A stretch of DNA of 64,000 bases. Origin: Clostridia bacterium (GTDB lineage Bacteria > Bacillota > Clostridia > TANB77 > CAG-508). Of the stretch, positions 17,972 through 27,137 are shown in pieces. The number at the start of each line of letters is the position of its first letter. Position 1 is the first letter of the stretch. The stretch spans positions 64,508-128,507 of the forward strand of contig JAGBEP010000019.1 of assembly GCA_017936925.1 (NCBI GenBank). The letters run 5' to 3'. Below the pieces are notes generated by a model. It was given only the letters and a program-made list of their open reading frames with translations, did not search any database and was not told the DNA's origin. The position numbers were made by a program, and so were the translations under genes.

Positions 17972-20395
17972 CTATTTTATTACTATATTATATATTTTTC
18001 CTGGTACATATATTTTCTTTATTATTGTTTTTCCTTCAATTAATTTTGAAATTGTTTCATTTGATTCAACTGCATTATCAATTTCTTCTCTTTGAGCATC
18101 TTTGTTTGCTTTTATTGTTGCTTTTAATTTTCCATTTATTTGTACTGGAATCTCAATTTCTTCATCTATTGTTTTCTCTTCTTCATATGTAGGCCAAGGT
18201 GTTTTCGCAATCTCAATTTTTTCGCCTATTTGGCTCCAAATTTCTTCTGTCATATGTGGAGCAAATGGGTTTAGTAATTGTAAGAATGTTTTATATTCTC
18301 CTCTAGTTATTTTCTTAGCTTTTGTAAATTCATTTACCATTGTCATAAACGTAGCTACTGCTGTATTAAATTTCATTTCTTCTATATCATTTGTTACTTT
18401 TTTGATTGCTTTATGCATCATTGATTCAAATTCTTTCGAATATCCTGGTTCTTCTGTTAAAATTTCTTGCATCTGCCATACTCTGTCTAAGAATTTGCTA
18501 CATCCTCTAATACTTTCCATAGACCATGGTGCTGTTTGGTCAAATGGTCCCATGAACATTTCATATACTCTAAAACTATCTGCTCCAAATTCTTTTACTA
18601 TATCATCAGGATTTATTACATTTCCTTTGGATTTAGACATTTTTTCTCCATTTCCACCTAATATCATTCCATGTGATGTACGTTTTTGATATGGTTCTTT
18701 TGTAGGAACTTGGTGTATATCATATAAAAACTTATGCCAAAATCTTGAATATAATAAATGTAATGTAGTGTGTTCCATTCCTCCGTTGTACCAGTCAACA
18801 TTATTCCAGTATTTTAGAGCTTCTTTTGATACAAATTCTTTATCATTGTGTGGATCCATATATCTTAAATAGTACCAAGATGAACCTGCCCATTGTGGCA
18901 TTGTGTCAGTTTCACGTTTTGCTTCTTTTCCACAATGTGGACATTTTGTTTTTATCCATTCTGTTTGTTTGGCTAGTGGTGACTCTCCGTTTTCCCCTGG
19001 TTCATAATCTTCTATTTCTGGTAACTTTAATGGTAGTTCTTCTTCTGGTACAGGAACCCATCCACAATCTTCGCAATAAATCATTGGTATTGGTTCTCCC
19101 CAATATCTTTGACGAGAAAATACCCAATCACGCAATTTGTAATTTACTTTTTTAGTTCCCAATTTATTTTCTTCTAAATATTCTATAACCTTTTTAATAG
19201 CATCTTTGCTTTCTAATCCATCTAAAAATTCTGAATTAATTGCTATACCATTTTCCACATCTGTAAATGGTTCTGTCAATTCTTCTTGTATTTTTTCATC
19301 TTTTGGCTTTATAACTTGTTTAATTGGTAGATTGAATTTTTTAGCAAATTCAAAATCTCTTGTATCATGAGCAGGTACTGCCATAATTGCACCTGTTCCA
19401 TAAGTTATTAAAACATAGTCTGAAATCCAGATTGGAATTTCTTCATTTGTTAATGGATTAATAGCTTTTATTCCTTTTATTTCTACACCTGTTTTTTCTT
19501 TGTTTAATTCAGCTCTTTCAAAGTCTGATTTCATCGCTGCTTTTTCTTGATATTCCTTTACTTCATTTAAATTTTCTATTTTTGACTCATATTTTTTAAT
19601 AAAAGGATGTTCTGGTGATACTACCATATATGTTGCACCAAATAATGTATCTGGTCTAGTTGTATATATAAGTAATGTGTCATCTGTATTTTTTATTTTG
19701 AATTTTACTTCTGCTCCTTCACTTCTTCCTATCCAGTTTTTTTGTTGAGCTTTTATTTTATCTAAATATTCTAAATCATCTAAATCATCTATTAATCTTT
19801 GTGCGTATTCTGTTATTTTTAACATCCATTGTGATTTTTCTTTTTGGACTACTGGGCTTCCACATCTTTCGCACACACCGTTGACAACTTCTTCATTTGC
19901 TAATCCTACTTTACATCCTGTGCAAAAATTAATTGGCATTGTAGTTTTGTATGCTAATCCTTTTTTAAATAATTGAATAAATATCCATTGTGTCCATTTA
20001 TAGTATTTCGGATCTGTTGTATTTATTTCTCTAGACCAGTCGAATGAAAATCCTAATGATTTTAATTGATCTCTAAAATGATTTACGTTTTTTTCTGTAG
20101 TTATTTTTGGATGTACATGATTTTTAATAGCATAATTTTCAGCTGGTAATCCAAAAGCATCAAATCCCATAGGGTATAATACGTTGTACCCTTGCATTCT
20201 CTTTTTTCTAGCAATTATATCTAATGCTGTGTAACTACGAGGATGTCCAACATGGAGTCCTTGACCTGAAGGATAAGGAAATTCTACTAATCCATACCAT
20301 TTTGGTAATGTATAATCTTGTTTTGCATTAAATGTTCCTTCTTTCTCCCACTTTTTTTGCCATTTTGTTTCTACTTCTTTAAAATTGTACGCCAT
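17972..20395 (-). CDS. leuS: leucine-tRNA ligase
   Basis: HVGH (HIGH) and KMSKS motifs. The tracked start at 20410 lies inside the GGAGGA RBS, so [16 protein letters not shown] at 20395 is preferred. Confidence 0.95.
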   Translation of the reverse strand: MAYNFKEVETKWQKKWEKEGTFNAKQDYTLPKWYGLVEFPYPSGQGLHVGHPRSYTALDIIARKKRMQGYNVLYPMGFDAFGLPAENYAIKNHVHPKITTEKNVNHFRDQLKSLGFSFDWSREINTTDPKYYKWTQWIFIQLFKKGLAYKTTMPINFCTGCKVGLANEEVVNGVCERCGSPVVQKEKSQWMLKITEYAQRLIDDLDDLEYLDKIKAQQKNWIGRSEGAEVKFKIKNTDDTLLIYTTRPDTLFGATYMVVSPEHPFIKKYESKIENLNEVKEYQEKAAMKSDFERAELNKEKTGVEIKGIKAINPLTNEEIPIWISDYVLITYGTGAIMAVPAHDTRDFEFAKKFNLPIKQVIKPKDEKIQEELTEPFTDVENGIAINSEFLDGLESKDAIKKVIEYLEENKLGTKKVNYKLRDWVFSRQRYWGEPIPMIYCEDCGWVPVPEEELPLKLPEIEDYEPGENGESPLAKQTEWIKTKCPHCGKEAKRETDTMPQWAGSSWYYLRYMDPHNDKEFVSKEALKYWNNVDWYNGGMEHTTLHLLYSRFWHKFLYDIHQVPTKEPYQKRTSHGMILGGNGEKMSKSKGNVINPDDIVKEFGADSFRVYEMFMGPFDQTAPWSMESIRGCSKFLDRVWQMQEILTEEPGYSKEFESMMHKAIKKVTNDIEEMKFNTAVATFMTMVNEFTKAKKITRGEYKTFLQLLNPFAPHMTEEIWSQIGEKIEIAKTPWPTYEEEKTIDEEIEIPVQINGKLKATIKANKDAQREEIDNAVESNETISKLIEGKTIIKKIYVPGKIYNIVIK

Positions 20396-20459
20396 AGTTT
20401 CATCCTCCATTTTTTTATTTTATTGCTTTCTTGTTTTCCATAGTGTTAGCAGTATGTGT

Positions 20460-20488
20460 ATTATATAATATGTTTTTTAGTTTTTCAA
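20460..20488 (-). promoter_or_regulatory. candidate leuS promoter
   Basis: TTGAAA-17-TATAAT, about 60 nt upstream of the start. The short leader leaves no room for a T-box. Confidence 0.5.
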
Positions 20489-20589
20489 TATTTTACATAA
20501 TTTTATGTTTATATATTGATTTATTTTTTATGTTTAGTTCTCTTTTTCATTTGTATGAATATAATTATATTACATAGAATTTATATAAT

Positions 20590-20618
20590 TTGCTTTTGAA
20601 TAAAACGCATGTTATAAT
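20590..20618 (+). promoter_or_regulatory. candidate promoter of the 42-aa ORF
   Basis: TTGCTT-17-TATAAT with an extended -10 (TGtTATAAT). Confidence 0.5.
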
Positions 20619-20656
20619 TTTATGTATACTAAAAAATACATAAGGAGGAAAGACTA

Positions 20657-20785
20657 ATGAATTACCATCTTCTTGACGCTTTAGGGCGTTATTGGAGCAA
20701 ACTCGGATATTCTGCTTTTCGTGAATGGATTGACAATAATCCTGAGCAAATGCTTGATATCTGTGGTGTAACTTTGAAATTTTAG
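20657..20785 (+). CDS. 42-aa hypothetical peptide in a GC-richer islet
   Basis: Strong TAAGGAGG RBS. MNYHLLDALGRYWSKLGYSAFREWIDNNPEQMLDICGVTLKF. Followed by a clean terminator. Too short for the ORF track. Confidence 0.5.
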   Translation: MNYHLLDALGRYWSKLGYSAFREWIDNNPEQMLDICGVTLKF

Positions 20786-20798
20786 TCTACCGTGCATA

Positions 20799-20948
20799 TC
20801 AACTTAGATATGTCAAAAGAGCTGTGGCATCCCACAGCTTTTTTGTTTTGGCTATCAAAGTCTCAGATAGCATTGCTTTTTCAAATTCGAATTGAATACT
20901 AGCATCAGATACTTTATCATCATATATACGCCAAATTTCCACTTCCAT
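20799..20948 (-). CDS. 49-aa ORF convergent with the 42-aa ORF, possibly a gene remnant
   Basis: MEVEIWRIYDDKVSDASIQFEFEKAMLSETLIAKTKKLWDATALLTYLS. Weak RBS (GGGAA). It runs through the terminator hairpin. Confidence 0.2.
   Translation of the reverse strand: MEVEIWRIYDDKVSDASIQFEFEKAMLSETLIAKTKKLWDATALLTYLS
20816..20846 (+). terminator. rho-independent terminator after the 42-aa ORF
   Basis: GCTGTGG-CATC-CCACAGC followed by TTTTTTG. Confidence 0.7.
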
Positions 20949-21015
20949 TTCCCGAGATATGCAACTGCAGGAAATATATTATCTCTCTTTTTGCTTAATT
21001 CTTATTAATATCATA

Positions 21016-21050
21016 AAAAAGTACATCTTATAAATTAAGATGTACTTTTT
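21016..21050 (-). terminator. terminator of the infC-rpmI-rplT operon
   Basis: GTACATCTTA / TAAGATGTAC stem flanked by an A-run and a T-run. Confidence 0.7.
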
Positions 21051-21060
21051 ATTTTCTTAT

Positions 21061-21411
21061 TTATGCTTTTTTAGCTATTTCTGCTATTTCAGCGAAAGCT
21101 TTGCTATCAGAAACTGCTAATTCGGCTAACATTTTTCTGTTAATTGTAACATTAGCTTTTTTCAAACCTGCAATTAATTTACTGTATGTTAATCCGTTCA
21201 TTCTTGCAGCTGCATTAATTCTGATTATCCATAATTTTCTAAAATCACTTTTCTTATCTTTTCTTCCAACATAAGCATACATTCCTGATTTCATAACAGC
21301 TTGTTTAGCCATTCTGTATCTGTAATGTTTTGCTCCATAATAACCTTTTGCTCTTTTTAAAACTTTTTTATGTCTTGCTCTTGTTGTTCTAGCTGTTTTT
21401 ACTCTTGCCAT
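21061..21411 (-). CDS. rplT: 50S ribosomal protein L20
   Basis: [28 protein letters not shown]... Confidence 0.95.
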   Translation of the reverse strand: MARVKTARTTRARHKKVLKRAKGYYGAKHYRYRMAKQAVMKSGMYAYVGRKDKKSDFRKLWIIRINAAARMNGLTYSKLIAGLKKANVTINRKMLAELAVSDSKAFAEIAEIAKKA

Positions 21412-21447
21412 TTATTTTTCACTCCTTTTTTATCAAACTTTCTAATA

Positions 21448-21651
21448 TTAGTCACCATATGGTAATAATTTCTTTACATGTGATAAACATGTTTTGTCCA
21501 TCATTCCGTCTTGTACTCTTGCTGTGTGTTTTGTTCTCTTTGTTTTATTTGCTAATAAATGTCTTCTATTAGCTTTTGTTCTTTTTACTTTTCCTGTAGC
21601 TGTATAAGAATATCTTTTTGATGCAGCTTTATTTGTTTTTAACTTTGGCAT
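21448..21651 (-). CDS. rpmI: 50S ribosomal protein L35
   Basis: [24 protein letters not shown]..., sitting between infC and rplT. Confidence 0.9.
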   Translation of the reverse strand: MPKLKTNKAASKRYSYTATGKVKRTKANRRHLLANKTKRTKHTARVQDGMMDKTCLSHVKKLLPYGD

Positions 21652-21668
21652 AATAATATTTCTCCTTT

Positions 21669-22175
21669 CTATTTCTTAGCTAGTATTAAAAACATACTTT
21701 TACCTTCTAAATGAGGTTTCTTTTCAATATTTGCAATATCGGATAAATCTTCTGCAAATTTGTTTAGAACTTCTTCTCCAATTTTTACATTGTTAAGCTC
21801 TCTACCTCTAAATCGTACTGTGAATTTTACCTTATTTCCAGACTCTAAAAATCCTCTAGCATTTTTGCATTTAAATCCAAAATCATGATCTCCAATATTA
21901 GGAGTAACTCTAATTTCTTTTGTTTCAACGGCTTTTTGATTTTTTCTAGATTCTTTCTCTTTTTTTGCCTGTTCAAACTTGTATTTTCCATAGTTCATAA
22001 TTTTTGCAACTGGCATTTCTGGATTTGGTGAAACTAGTACTAAATCTAAATCTTTACTTTCAGCTATGTCGATAGCTTCTTCTAAGCTAAGTTTTCCTAG
22101 TTTTTCTCCATTTTCGCTAATTACATTAACTGAACTAAATTTTATTTGCCTATTAATAGGTAATTCTTGTTTTAT
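21669..22175 (-). CDS. infC: translation initiation factor IF-3, predicted ATA start
   Basis: GGAGGTG (22189-22183) lies inside the tracked ORF, with ATA at 22175 seven nt downstream. [27 protein letters not shown] matches the IF-3 N-terminus. Confidence 0.85.
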   Translation of the reverse strand: MKQELPINRQIKFSSVNVISENGEKLGKLSLEEAIDIAESKDLDLVLVSPNPEMPVAKIMNYGKYKFEQAKKEKESRKNQKAVETKEIRVTPNIGDHDFGFKCKNARGFLESGNKVKFTVRFRGRELNNVKIGEEVLNKFAEDLSDIANIEKKPHLEGKSMFLILAKK

Positions 22176-22208
22176 AGTAAAACACCTCCGATTTTTTAAT
22201 TTTCTCAT

Positions 22209-22335
22209 TTCATAAAAAAATGACTTGTTTTAAAAACAAGTCAATCCGCACAAAAATACACATATTGGTAATATGTAATTTTTTAACCTTTTGCCATAAC
22301 TTAGCGTAGGTGAGAATTGACTTCTTCTTTCGAAC
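22209..22335 (-). promoter_or_regulatory. infC leader with an intrinsic terminator hairpin (candidate L20-type attenuator)
   Basis: About 125-nt leader with locally higher GC. GACTTGTTTT-A-AAAACAAGTC hairpin (22222-22242) plus a U7 run directly before infC. Confidence 0.45.
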
Positions 22336-22341
22336 GTTAAT

Positions 22342-22370
22342 ATATTAACACCTTTTTTTAGTATTGTCAA
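22342..22370 (-). promoter_or_regulatory. candidate infC operon promoter
   Basis: TTGACA-17-TAATAT. Confidence 0.5.
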
Positions 22371-22446
22371 GCATTTTATTGTTTTTTGTTCTGTTTTATG
22401 TTAATATATTGATGACCCAATATTTTATTTAAGGAGGTAAGTCGTT

Positions 22447-23112
22447 ATGATTTGGGCAATTTTATTACTACTGTTAAACTTCTTTATCTCTTGGAGTAAC
22501 GCTAAGTATTGCGGAAGATATTGGAGTGAATCTAAAGCTGTTGGAGGTTCGTTTCGGGCCTATGTTATAGCTGGATATGCTATGGCAATAGCTGGATTCA
22601 CGATGGTATATTTCTACTTACTATCGGTTGCGTTGCCCCTTATTTTGCCATTATTCATGGAACTGTCTAATGAGGATTTAATGGCAATTATGGAACTGTC
22701 GTCGAGCATGCTTTATATTTTGCTGGTGCTAGCTATTGTTCCGAGTGGTTTTTTTATCTGGTTCAAAAGTGTTGCTAATTTTTGGGAACATAAAACACTT
22801 GGCAATGGTCTTGTAGCTGGGTATAATACATTCGCCCAATTCCGGAATACCGCTAATGCATGCAGAGAACTTCCTAGTGCTTTTGGAAGAGTTGCATCTG
22901 CTTTATTCGGTGGCAAGGGGAAGAAAAAATCCGAAACCTATATAGTATTATTAGCAATTTTATTGTTAATTTTGGCTATATTTAGTGGATATTTCACCGC
23001 CTCTGCCATTATGAAAAAAGCTGATAGAGAGTATGATGCTTTTGCTTCTGCGGAAGAATATTATAAAACTCATCAATCTACAACCAATGTAGCAAGACGT
23101 CGACGCAGATAA
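22447..23112 (+). CDS. hypothetical 4-TM membrane protein with poly-Arg C-terminus, compositionally atypical
   Basis: AAGGAGG RBS, 221 aa, four hydrophobic segments, ends NVARRRRR. Uses CGG/GCC/CCC/TCG codons that are rare elsewhere in the window. Confidence 0.7.
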   Translation: MIWAILLLLLNFFISWSNAKYCGRYWSESKAVGGSFRAYVIAGYAMAIAGFTMVYFYLLSVALPLILPLFMELSNEDLMAIMELSSSMLYILLVLAIVPSGFFIWFKSVANFWEHKTLGNGLVAGYNTFAQFRNTANACRELPSAFGRVASALFGGKGKKKSETYIVLLAILLLILAIFSGYFTASAIMKKADREYDAFASAEEYYKTHQSTTNVARRRRR

Positions 23113-23121
23113 TAAAAAAGG

Positions 23122-23155
23122 AGGCATTTCTTGCGAGAAATGTCTTCTTTTTTTA
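23122..23155 (+). terminator. terminator of the 221-aa membrane protein gene
   Basis: AGGCATTTCT-TGCG-AGAAATGTCT followed by TCTTTTTTT. Confidence 0.65.
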
Positions 23156-23274
23156 TATTTTTCTTTTAATCTATATTATTATAAAGTTTCACATAAATAT
23201 TTTTTATGGTATATTATGATATATATTTAGTTGGTTATGATATATTGTGATATTTACTTTACAAGGGTGATTTT

Positions 23275-24012
23275 ATGAAAAAAGATTTATTTTTTTTAAC
23301 TCAAAATCTAATTGCTCATCGTGGCATGCACGATATTAATAAAGGCATTCCTGAAAATTCGTTAAAAGCTTTCGATAAAGCTGTTAAACACAATTATTTA
23401 ATTGAATTGGATTTACATATTTTAAAAGATGGGAAAGTTGTAGTTTTTCATGATGATAATTTATTCAGAATGACTGGTATTAATAAAAATATTAAAGATT
23501 GTGTATATGATGAGATTAAAAATTTAAAGCTTCAAAATACAGATGGTTCTATTCCTCTTTTTAGTGATGTTATTTCACTTATAAATGGAAGGGTTCCTTT
23601 AGTTATTGAATTAAAATATGATGTTCGTGCTGGTCTTTTAGAAAAAGAAGCAATGAACTTATTAAAAGATTATAAAGGTGCATATGTTATAAAAAGCTTT
23701 TCTCCTTTTTCTGTTTTTTGGCTAAAAAGGCATTATCCTAATGCTATTCGAGGATTTCTTTCTTCTAATATGAAATATGAAAAATGTTGTTTTTTTAAAA
23801 AATATTTTTTGCGAAGTAATTTACTTCTTAAATTACTTGATGTTGATTTTATTTCTTTTGCTATTGATTCTTTACCTGATGAAAAAGTCAAAAAATTTAG
23901 AGAAAAACATATTGTTCTCGGATGGACTATTAGATCAAAAGCTGATTTTGTACATGCAAAACAATTTTGCGATAATTTAATTTGTGAAAATTTCGATGAG
24001 ATACAAATTTGA
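23275..24012 (+). CDS. glycerophosphodiester phosphodiesterase family protein
   Basis: AHRG...PENS...AF...ELDLH...DGKVVVFHD motifs of the GDPD fold. Confidence 0.8.
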   Translation: MKKDLFFLTQNLIAHRGMHDINKGIPENSLKAFDKAVKHNYLIELDLHILKDGKVVVFHDDNLFRMTGINKNIKDCVYDEIKNLKLQNTDGSIPLFSDVISLINGRVPLVIELKYDVRAGLLEKEAMNLLKDYKGAYVIKSFSPFSVFWLKRHYPNAIRGFLSSNMKYEKCCFFKKYFLRSNLLLKLLDVDFISFAIDSLPDEKVKKFREKHIVLGWTIRSKADFVHAKQFCDNLICENFDEIQI

Positions 24013-24042
24013 ATTTTATTTAATTTTATTATATTTAAAAAC

Positions 24043-24079
24043 AAAAAACTCGAAAGTATAAAACTTTCGAGTTCTTTAT
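24043..24079. terminator. bidirectional terminator between the GDPD gene and rpsI
   Basis: AACTCGAAAGT / ACTTTCGAGTT stem. Confidence 0.65.
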
Positions 24080-24081
24080 CA

Positions 24082-24486
24082 TTATCTCTTTGAGAATTGT
24101 GGAGCTTTTCTTGCTTTTTTAAGTCCGTATTTTTTTCTTTCTTTCATACGTGGATCTCTTGTTAGGAATCCATTTGCTTTTAAGATTGCTCTATATTCTC
24201 CGTTTGCTTCTAATAAAGCTCTAGATATACCATGTCTGATAGCTCCCGCTTGACCTGTATATCCTCCACCTTCAACTTTACAAATTATATCATATTTTCC
24301 AGTTGTATTTGTAACTGTTAGTGGTTGGTTAACGATAACTTTTAATATTTCTGTTCCAAAATATTCATCAAGTGATTTTCCGTTAACTGTAATATCTCCT
24401 TTACCTTCAACTAATCTAACTCTAGCTATTGATTTTTTTCTTCTACCTGTTCCGCAGAAAACTATTTTTTCAGATTTCTTAGCCAT
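24082..24486 (-). CDS. rpsI: 30S ribosomal protein S9
   Basis: [25 protein letters not shown]... Its ATG overlaps the rplM stop (TAATG). Confidence 0.95.
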   Translation of the reverse strand: MAKKSEKIVFCGTGRRKKSIARVRLVEGKGDITVNGKSLDEYFGTEILKVIVNQPLTVTNTTGKYDIICKVEGGGYTGQAGAIRHGISRALLEANGEYRAILKANGFLTRDPRMKERKKYGLKKARKAPQFSKR

Positions 24487-24923
24487 TATTTTACCTCCCA
24501 TACTTCTGGTTTTTGAGCTATGTTTTCGTGTTCGCTACCAGCATATACTCTTAATTTTTTAATCATTTGTCTTCCTAGTTTTGTATGTGGAAGCATTCCT
24601 TTTATTGCAAGCATCATTGCTTTTTCTGGAGTATTTTCCATCATAACTCTAGCTGATGTTTCTCTCATTCCTCCAATATATCCTGAATGATGTCTATATA
24701 CTTTTTGATCTAGTTTTTTTCCTGTTAATACAGCTTCACTACAATTAATAATTATTACGTGATCTCCTGTATCAATTGTTGGTGTGTATGTTGGTTTGTG
24801 TTTTCCTCTTAATAGTTTAGCAGCTTCTGTAGCAACTCTACCTAAAGGTTTTCCAGATGCATCAATAACATACCATTTGCTTTCTATTTCGCTTTTTTTT
24901 GCGCTATATGTTGTATTATTCAT
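24486..24923 (-). CDS. rplM: 50S ribosomal protein L13
   Basis: [33 protein letters not shown]... Confidence 0.95.
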   Translation of the reverse strand: MNNTTYSAKKSEIESKWYVIDASGKPLGRVATEAAKLLRGKHKPTYTPTIDTGDHVIIINCSEAVLTGKKLDQKVYRHHSGYIGGMRETSARVMMENTPEKAMMLAIKGMLPHTKLGRQMIKKLRVYAGSEHENIAQKPEVWEVK

Positions 24924-25028
24924 GGTAATAATTACCCTCCATTCAATATTTTATTTATATATATAATTTATTATTTGCCACCGGGGAGAAGCAATTAATA
25001 AATTTATATTTACATACAATGCGTTAAT

Positions 25029-25057
25029 ATTTTAATACATCTGTTTTAAATTGTCAA
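25029..25057 (-). promoter_or_regulatory. candidate rplM-rpsI promoter
   Basis: TTGACA-17-TAAAAT, leaving a leader of about 100 nt. Confidence 0.5.
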
Positions 25058-25098
25058 TATTTTATTTTAAAAAAATCCGCGTTTTTCAAGTATTTTTA

Positions 25099-26577
25099 CT
25101 AGATTGCTCTTGGAATATATAATTTTTCTCCAGCGCAAATCTTTTTTTCATCATCTATTTCATTTATATTTGATATTTCTTTTATCGTGCTTTTAAATCT
25201 TTTTGCAATTTTCCAAAGTGAATCTCCTTCTTTTACAAAATATATTATCATACTATATTGATCATCATTTTCTTCATCTTCTAATTCTATTTGATTTATT
25301 ATATTTAGCTTTTCGGTTTCATTTGACTGGATAATAATTTCTAGATTTGTTTGAATATTTGCATCAGGTAATAATACTGTTTTTTCATTTCTTATTTTTA
25401 ATTGCACATTTTCTAAACTATATTCACTATTAATTTCCTTATTGATAGTTATCTCTTTTTTATTTATATTTTCATTTTCAAATGAACTATATAAAAATAT
25501 TGCTTGTATTTGTATTTCTATTTTATTTTCTTTGTTAGTTACTTCTTTTATTTTATATTCTTGATCATAAATCTGATTAATGTCTTCTATTAATTCTTTA
25601 TTTTCTACTTCTATTTGTTGACATATACTTGGCATATTTTTTTCTAATGATATCATTTGTCTTTGGCAATTTGCTTTGCAGTTTATTCCATATAGATCTA
25701 CTATCATGTTTGTTTCTTTTGGTTGATATACATCTCCTAATAAATTAAATTCCATTTCAATTTCTAATTCTTGTGTGACTGTGCTTTCATTTATACTTAT
25801 ATTTTTTAAATTGATTTCTATATTGCTTTCACATTCTTCATCTACATTTTCAATGTCTAGAAATCCCATTATTGGAACTTCTTTTTTACATTGATATATA
25901 CTTCCACTTTCTGATTGATAGATGCATTTCATTTGGCAATCTGCTTTTACTAATATTTTATTGTAACTTATTTTTTTCTCTATGTTTTTTATATTAGGTT
26001 TAAATTTTATTACTTCAATTTTTTCTTGTAGATTTTCTATTTCTAATTTTTCTTTTACTGATATTTTTGATTCACTATGCCCTATGTATGTGTCAATTCT
26101 TATTTTTTTATTTAATGTTTCTATATTATGTATTTTGTTTATTTCATGTATGAGTTCTATATTTTCTTTTCTAAATGCCTTAGCTTGTATTTCTGCTTCT
26201 ATCTTGTAATGTATTTTTCTTTCATTTAATATTGTACTGCTTATCTGAGTTATTGATATAGTTTCTGTTACATTGCTTTCTTGACTTATTCCTTCAATTT
26301 CGACTGTTTCTGATAGTTCATCTTCTATTCTGAGTACTCTGTTTTTTCCTTCATCTGTAATATATGCTATTCTAGTTTCTATTCCGCCATCAATTTTTAC
26401 CTTATTTTCCATTATTTCTTTTTTTCTTATATATGTTAAACTATTTTCTGCTTGAATTTTTATTATATCTGGTTTGCTATCTGGCAAAATATAGTCTTTT
26501 TCTATTACAACTCTTTTGCTTTTTCCTCCGATTATTTTTTGAATGTTTATATTTTCTTTTTGAATTTGCAATTCCAT
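25099..26577 (-). CDS. SipL/SpoVID-like spore morphogenetic protein (DUF3794-type repeats plus C-terminal LysM)
   Basis: N-terminus ELQIQKENINIQKIIGGKSKRVVIEKDYILPDSKPDI. C-terminal LysM YFVKEGDSLWKIAKRFKSTIKEISNIN. Adjacent to veg and yabG. Confidence 0.65.
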   Translation of the reverse strand: MELQIQKENINIQKIIGGKSKRVVIEKDYILPDSKPDIIKIQAENSLTYIRKKEIMENKVKIDGGIETRIAYITDEGKNRVLRIEDELSETVEIEGISQESNVTETISITQISSTILNERKIHYKIEAEIQAKAFRKENIELIHEINKIHNIETLNKKIRIDTYIGHSESKISVKEKLEIENLQEKIEVIKFKPNIKNIEKKISYNKILVKADCQMKCIYQSESGSIYQCKKEVPIMGFLDIENVDEECESNIEINLKNISINESTVTQELEIEMEFNLLGDVYQPKETNMIVDLYGINCKANCQRQMISLEKNMPSICQQIEVENKELIEDINQIYDQEYKIKEVTNKENKIEIQIQAIFLYSSFENENINKKEITINKEINSEYSLENVQLKIRNEKTVLLPDANIQTNLEIIIQSNETEKLNIINQIELEDEENDDQYSMIIYFVKEGDSLWKIAKRFKSTIKEISNINEIDDEKKICAGEKLYIPRAI

Positions 26578-26620
26578 TCTTGACCTCCTTATTTATATTA
26601 CTAAATTATATTTTGAGGTC

Positions 26621-26650
26621 AAAAAAAAATTCCTTTTTCAAGGAATTTTT
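26621..26650 (-). terminator. veg terminator
   Basis: AAATTCCTT / AAGGAATTT stem followed by a long T-run on the minus strand. Confidence 0.65.
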
Positions 26651-26953
26651 TTATGCAAACTCTTCTCTATTTTTCTTTGAAATTATTGCTGGTGGTTCTA
26701 ATGCTTGGTATTTTTCTCCATCGTATATTTGGACTTCTACAGATTTTGTAAATATATCTGTATAGTTATAAGAACTTCTTCTTTCGTTTTCTTCAAATTT
26801 TACTCTAAAGTAAGTTGGGTAAACTTGTTCAATAATAGCTGACTTTTCTAATGGTTTACTTCTTTTTCCTGGTGACTCTTTCACAATTATTTTGTGACCT
26901 ATTTGAGCTTCCATATCCTTTTTTAAACTACTAATATCTGACTTATAAATCAT
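26651..26953 (-). CDS. veg: Veg protein
   Basis: Close to B. subtilis Veg: LKKDMEAQIGHKIIVKE...IIEQVYPTYFRVKFEENERRSSYNYTDIFTKSVEV. Confidence 0.85.
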   Translation of the reverse strand: MIYKSDISSLKKDMEAQIGHKIIVKESPGKRSKPLEKSAIIEQVYPTYFRVKFEENERRSSYNYTDIFTKSVEVQIYDGEKYQALEPPAIISKKNREEFA

Positions 26954-26983
26954 TCAATCACCTACTTCATTTTTGATAGGCTA

Positions 26984-27012
26984 AGTATATCACCAGAGTC
27001 GATTTTTGTCAA
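26984..27012 (-). promoter_or_regulatory. veg promoter
   Basis: TTGACA-17-TATACT with an extended -10 TG, like the classic strong veg promoter. Confidence 0.6.
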
Positions 27013-27137
27013 AAAAATTGCAACTCGTTTATCGGGCTGGATTGCTTGACTTTTCTAGGTTTTAAGCTTGTTTTGTTTTTGTTTTTCTTTTTATTTACAC
27101 TTATGTTACAAAAGAGTTACAAATATATTTTTTGCCA

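Noticed and set aside
20640-20990. Islet A as a structured RNA gene (RNase P, tmRNA, SRP RNA, 6S, T-box), since GC-rich patches in AT-rich genomes often mark RNAs.
   Set aside because: I found none of the following: the RNase P GAGGAAAGUCCGGGC box, a tmRNA tag-ORF or CCA-end context, an SRP GGAA-type domain IV motif, or a T-box sequence. The segment does have a textbook promoter-RBS-ORF-terminator layout. Only a covariance-model scan can fully exclude an RNA.
22176-22208. N-terminal extensions in tracked ORFs: infC 22208, leuS 20410, spoVAC 15872, spoIIID 28590, rpsI 24501, 30483, 49464, 2091.
   Set aside because: In most of these the upstream start codon lies within or upstream of the actual Shine-Dalgarno sequence of a downstream in-frame start; for 2091 the downstream ATG was preferred only because it begins the TM segment (weak RBS). 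Coordinates were trimmed accordingly.
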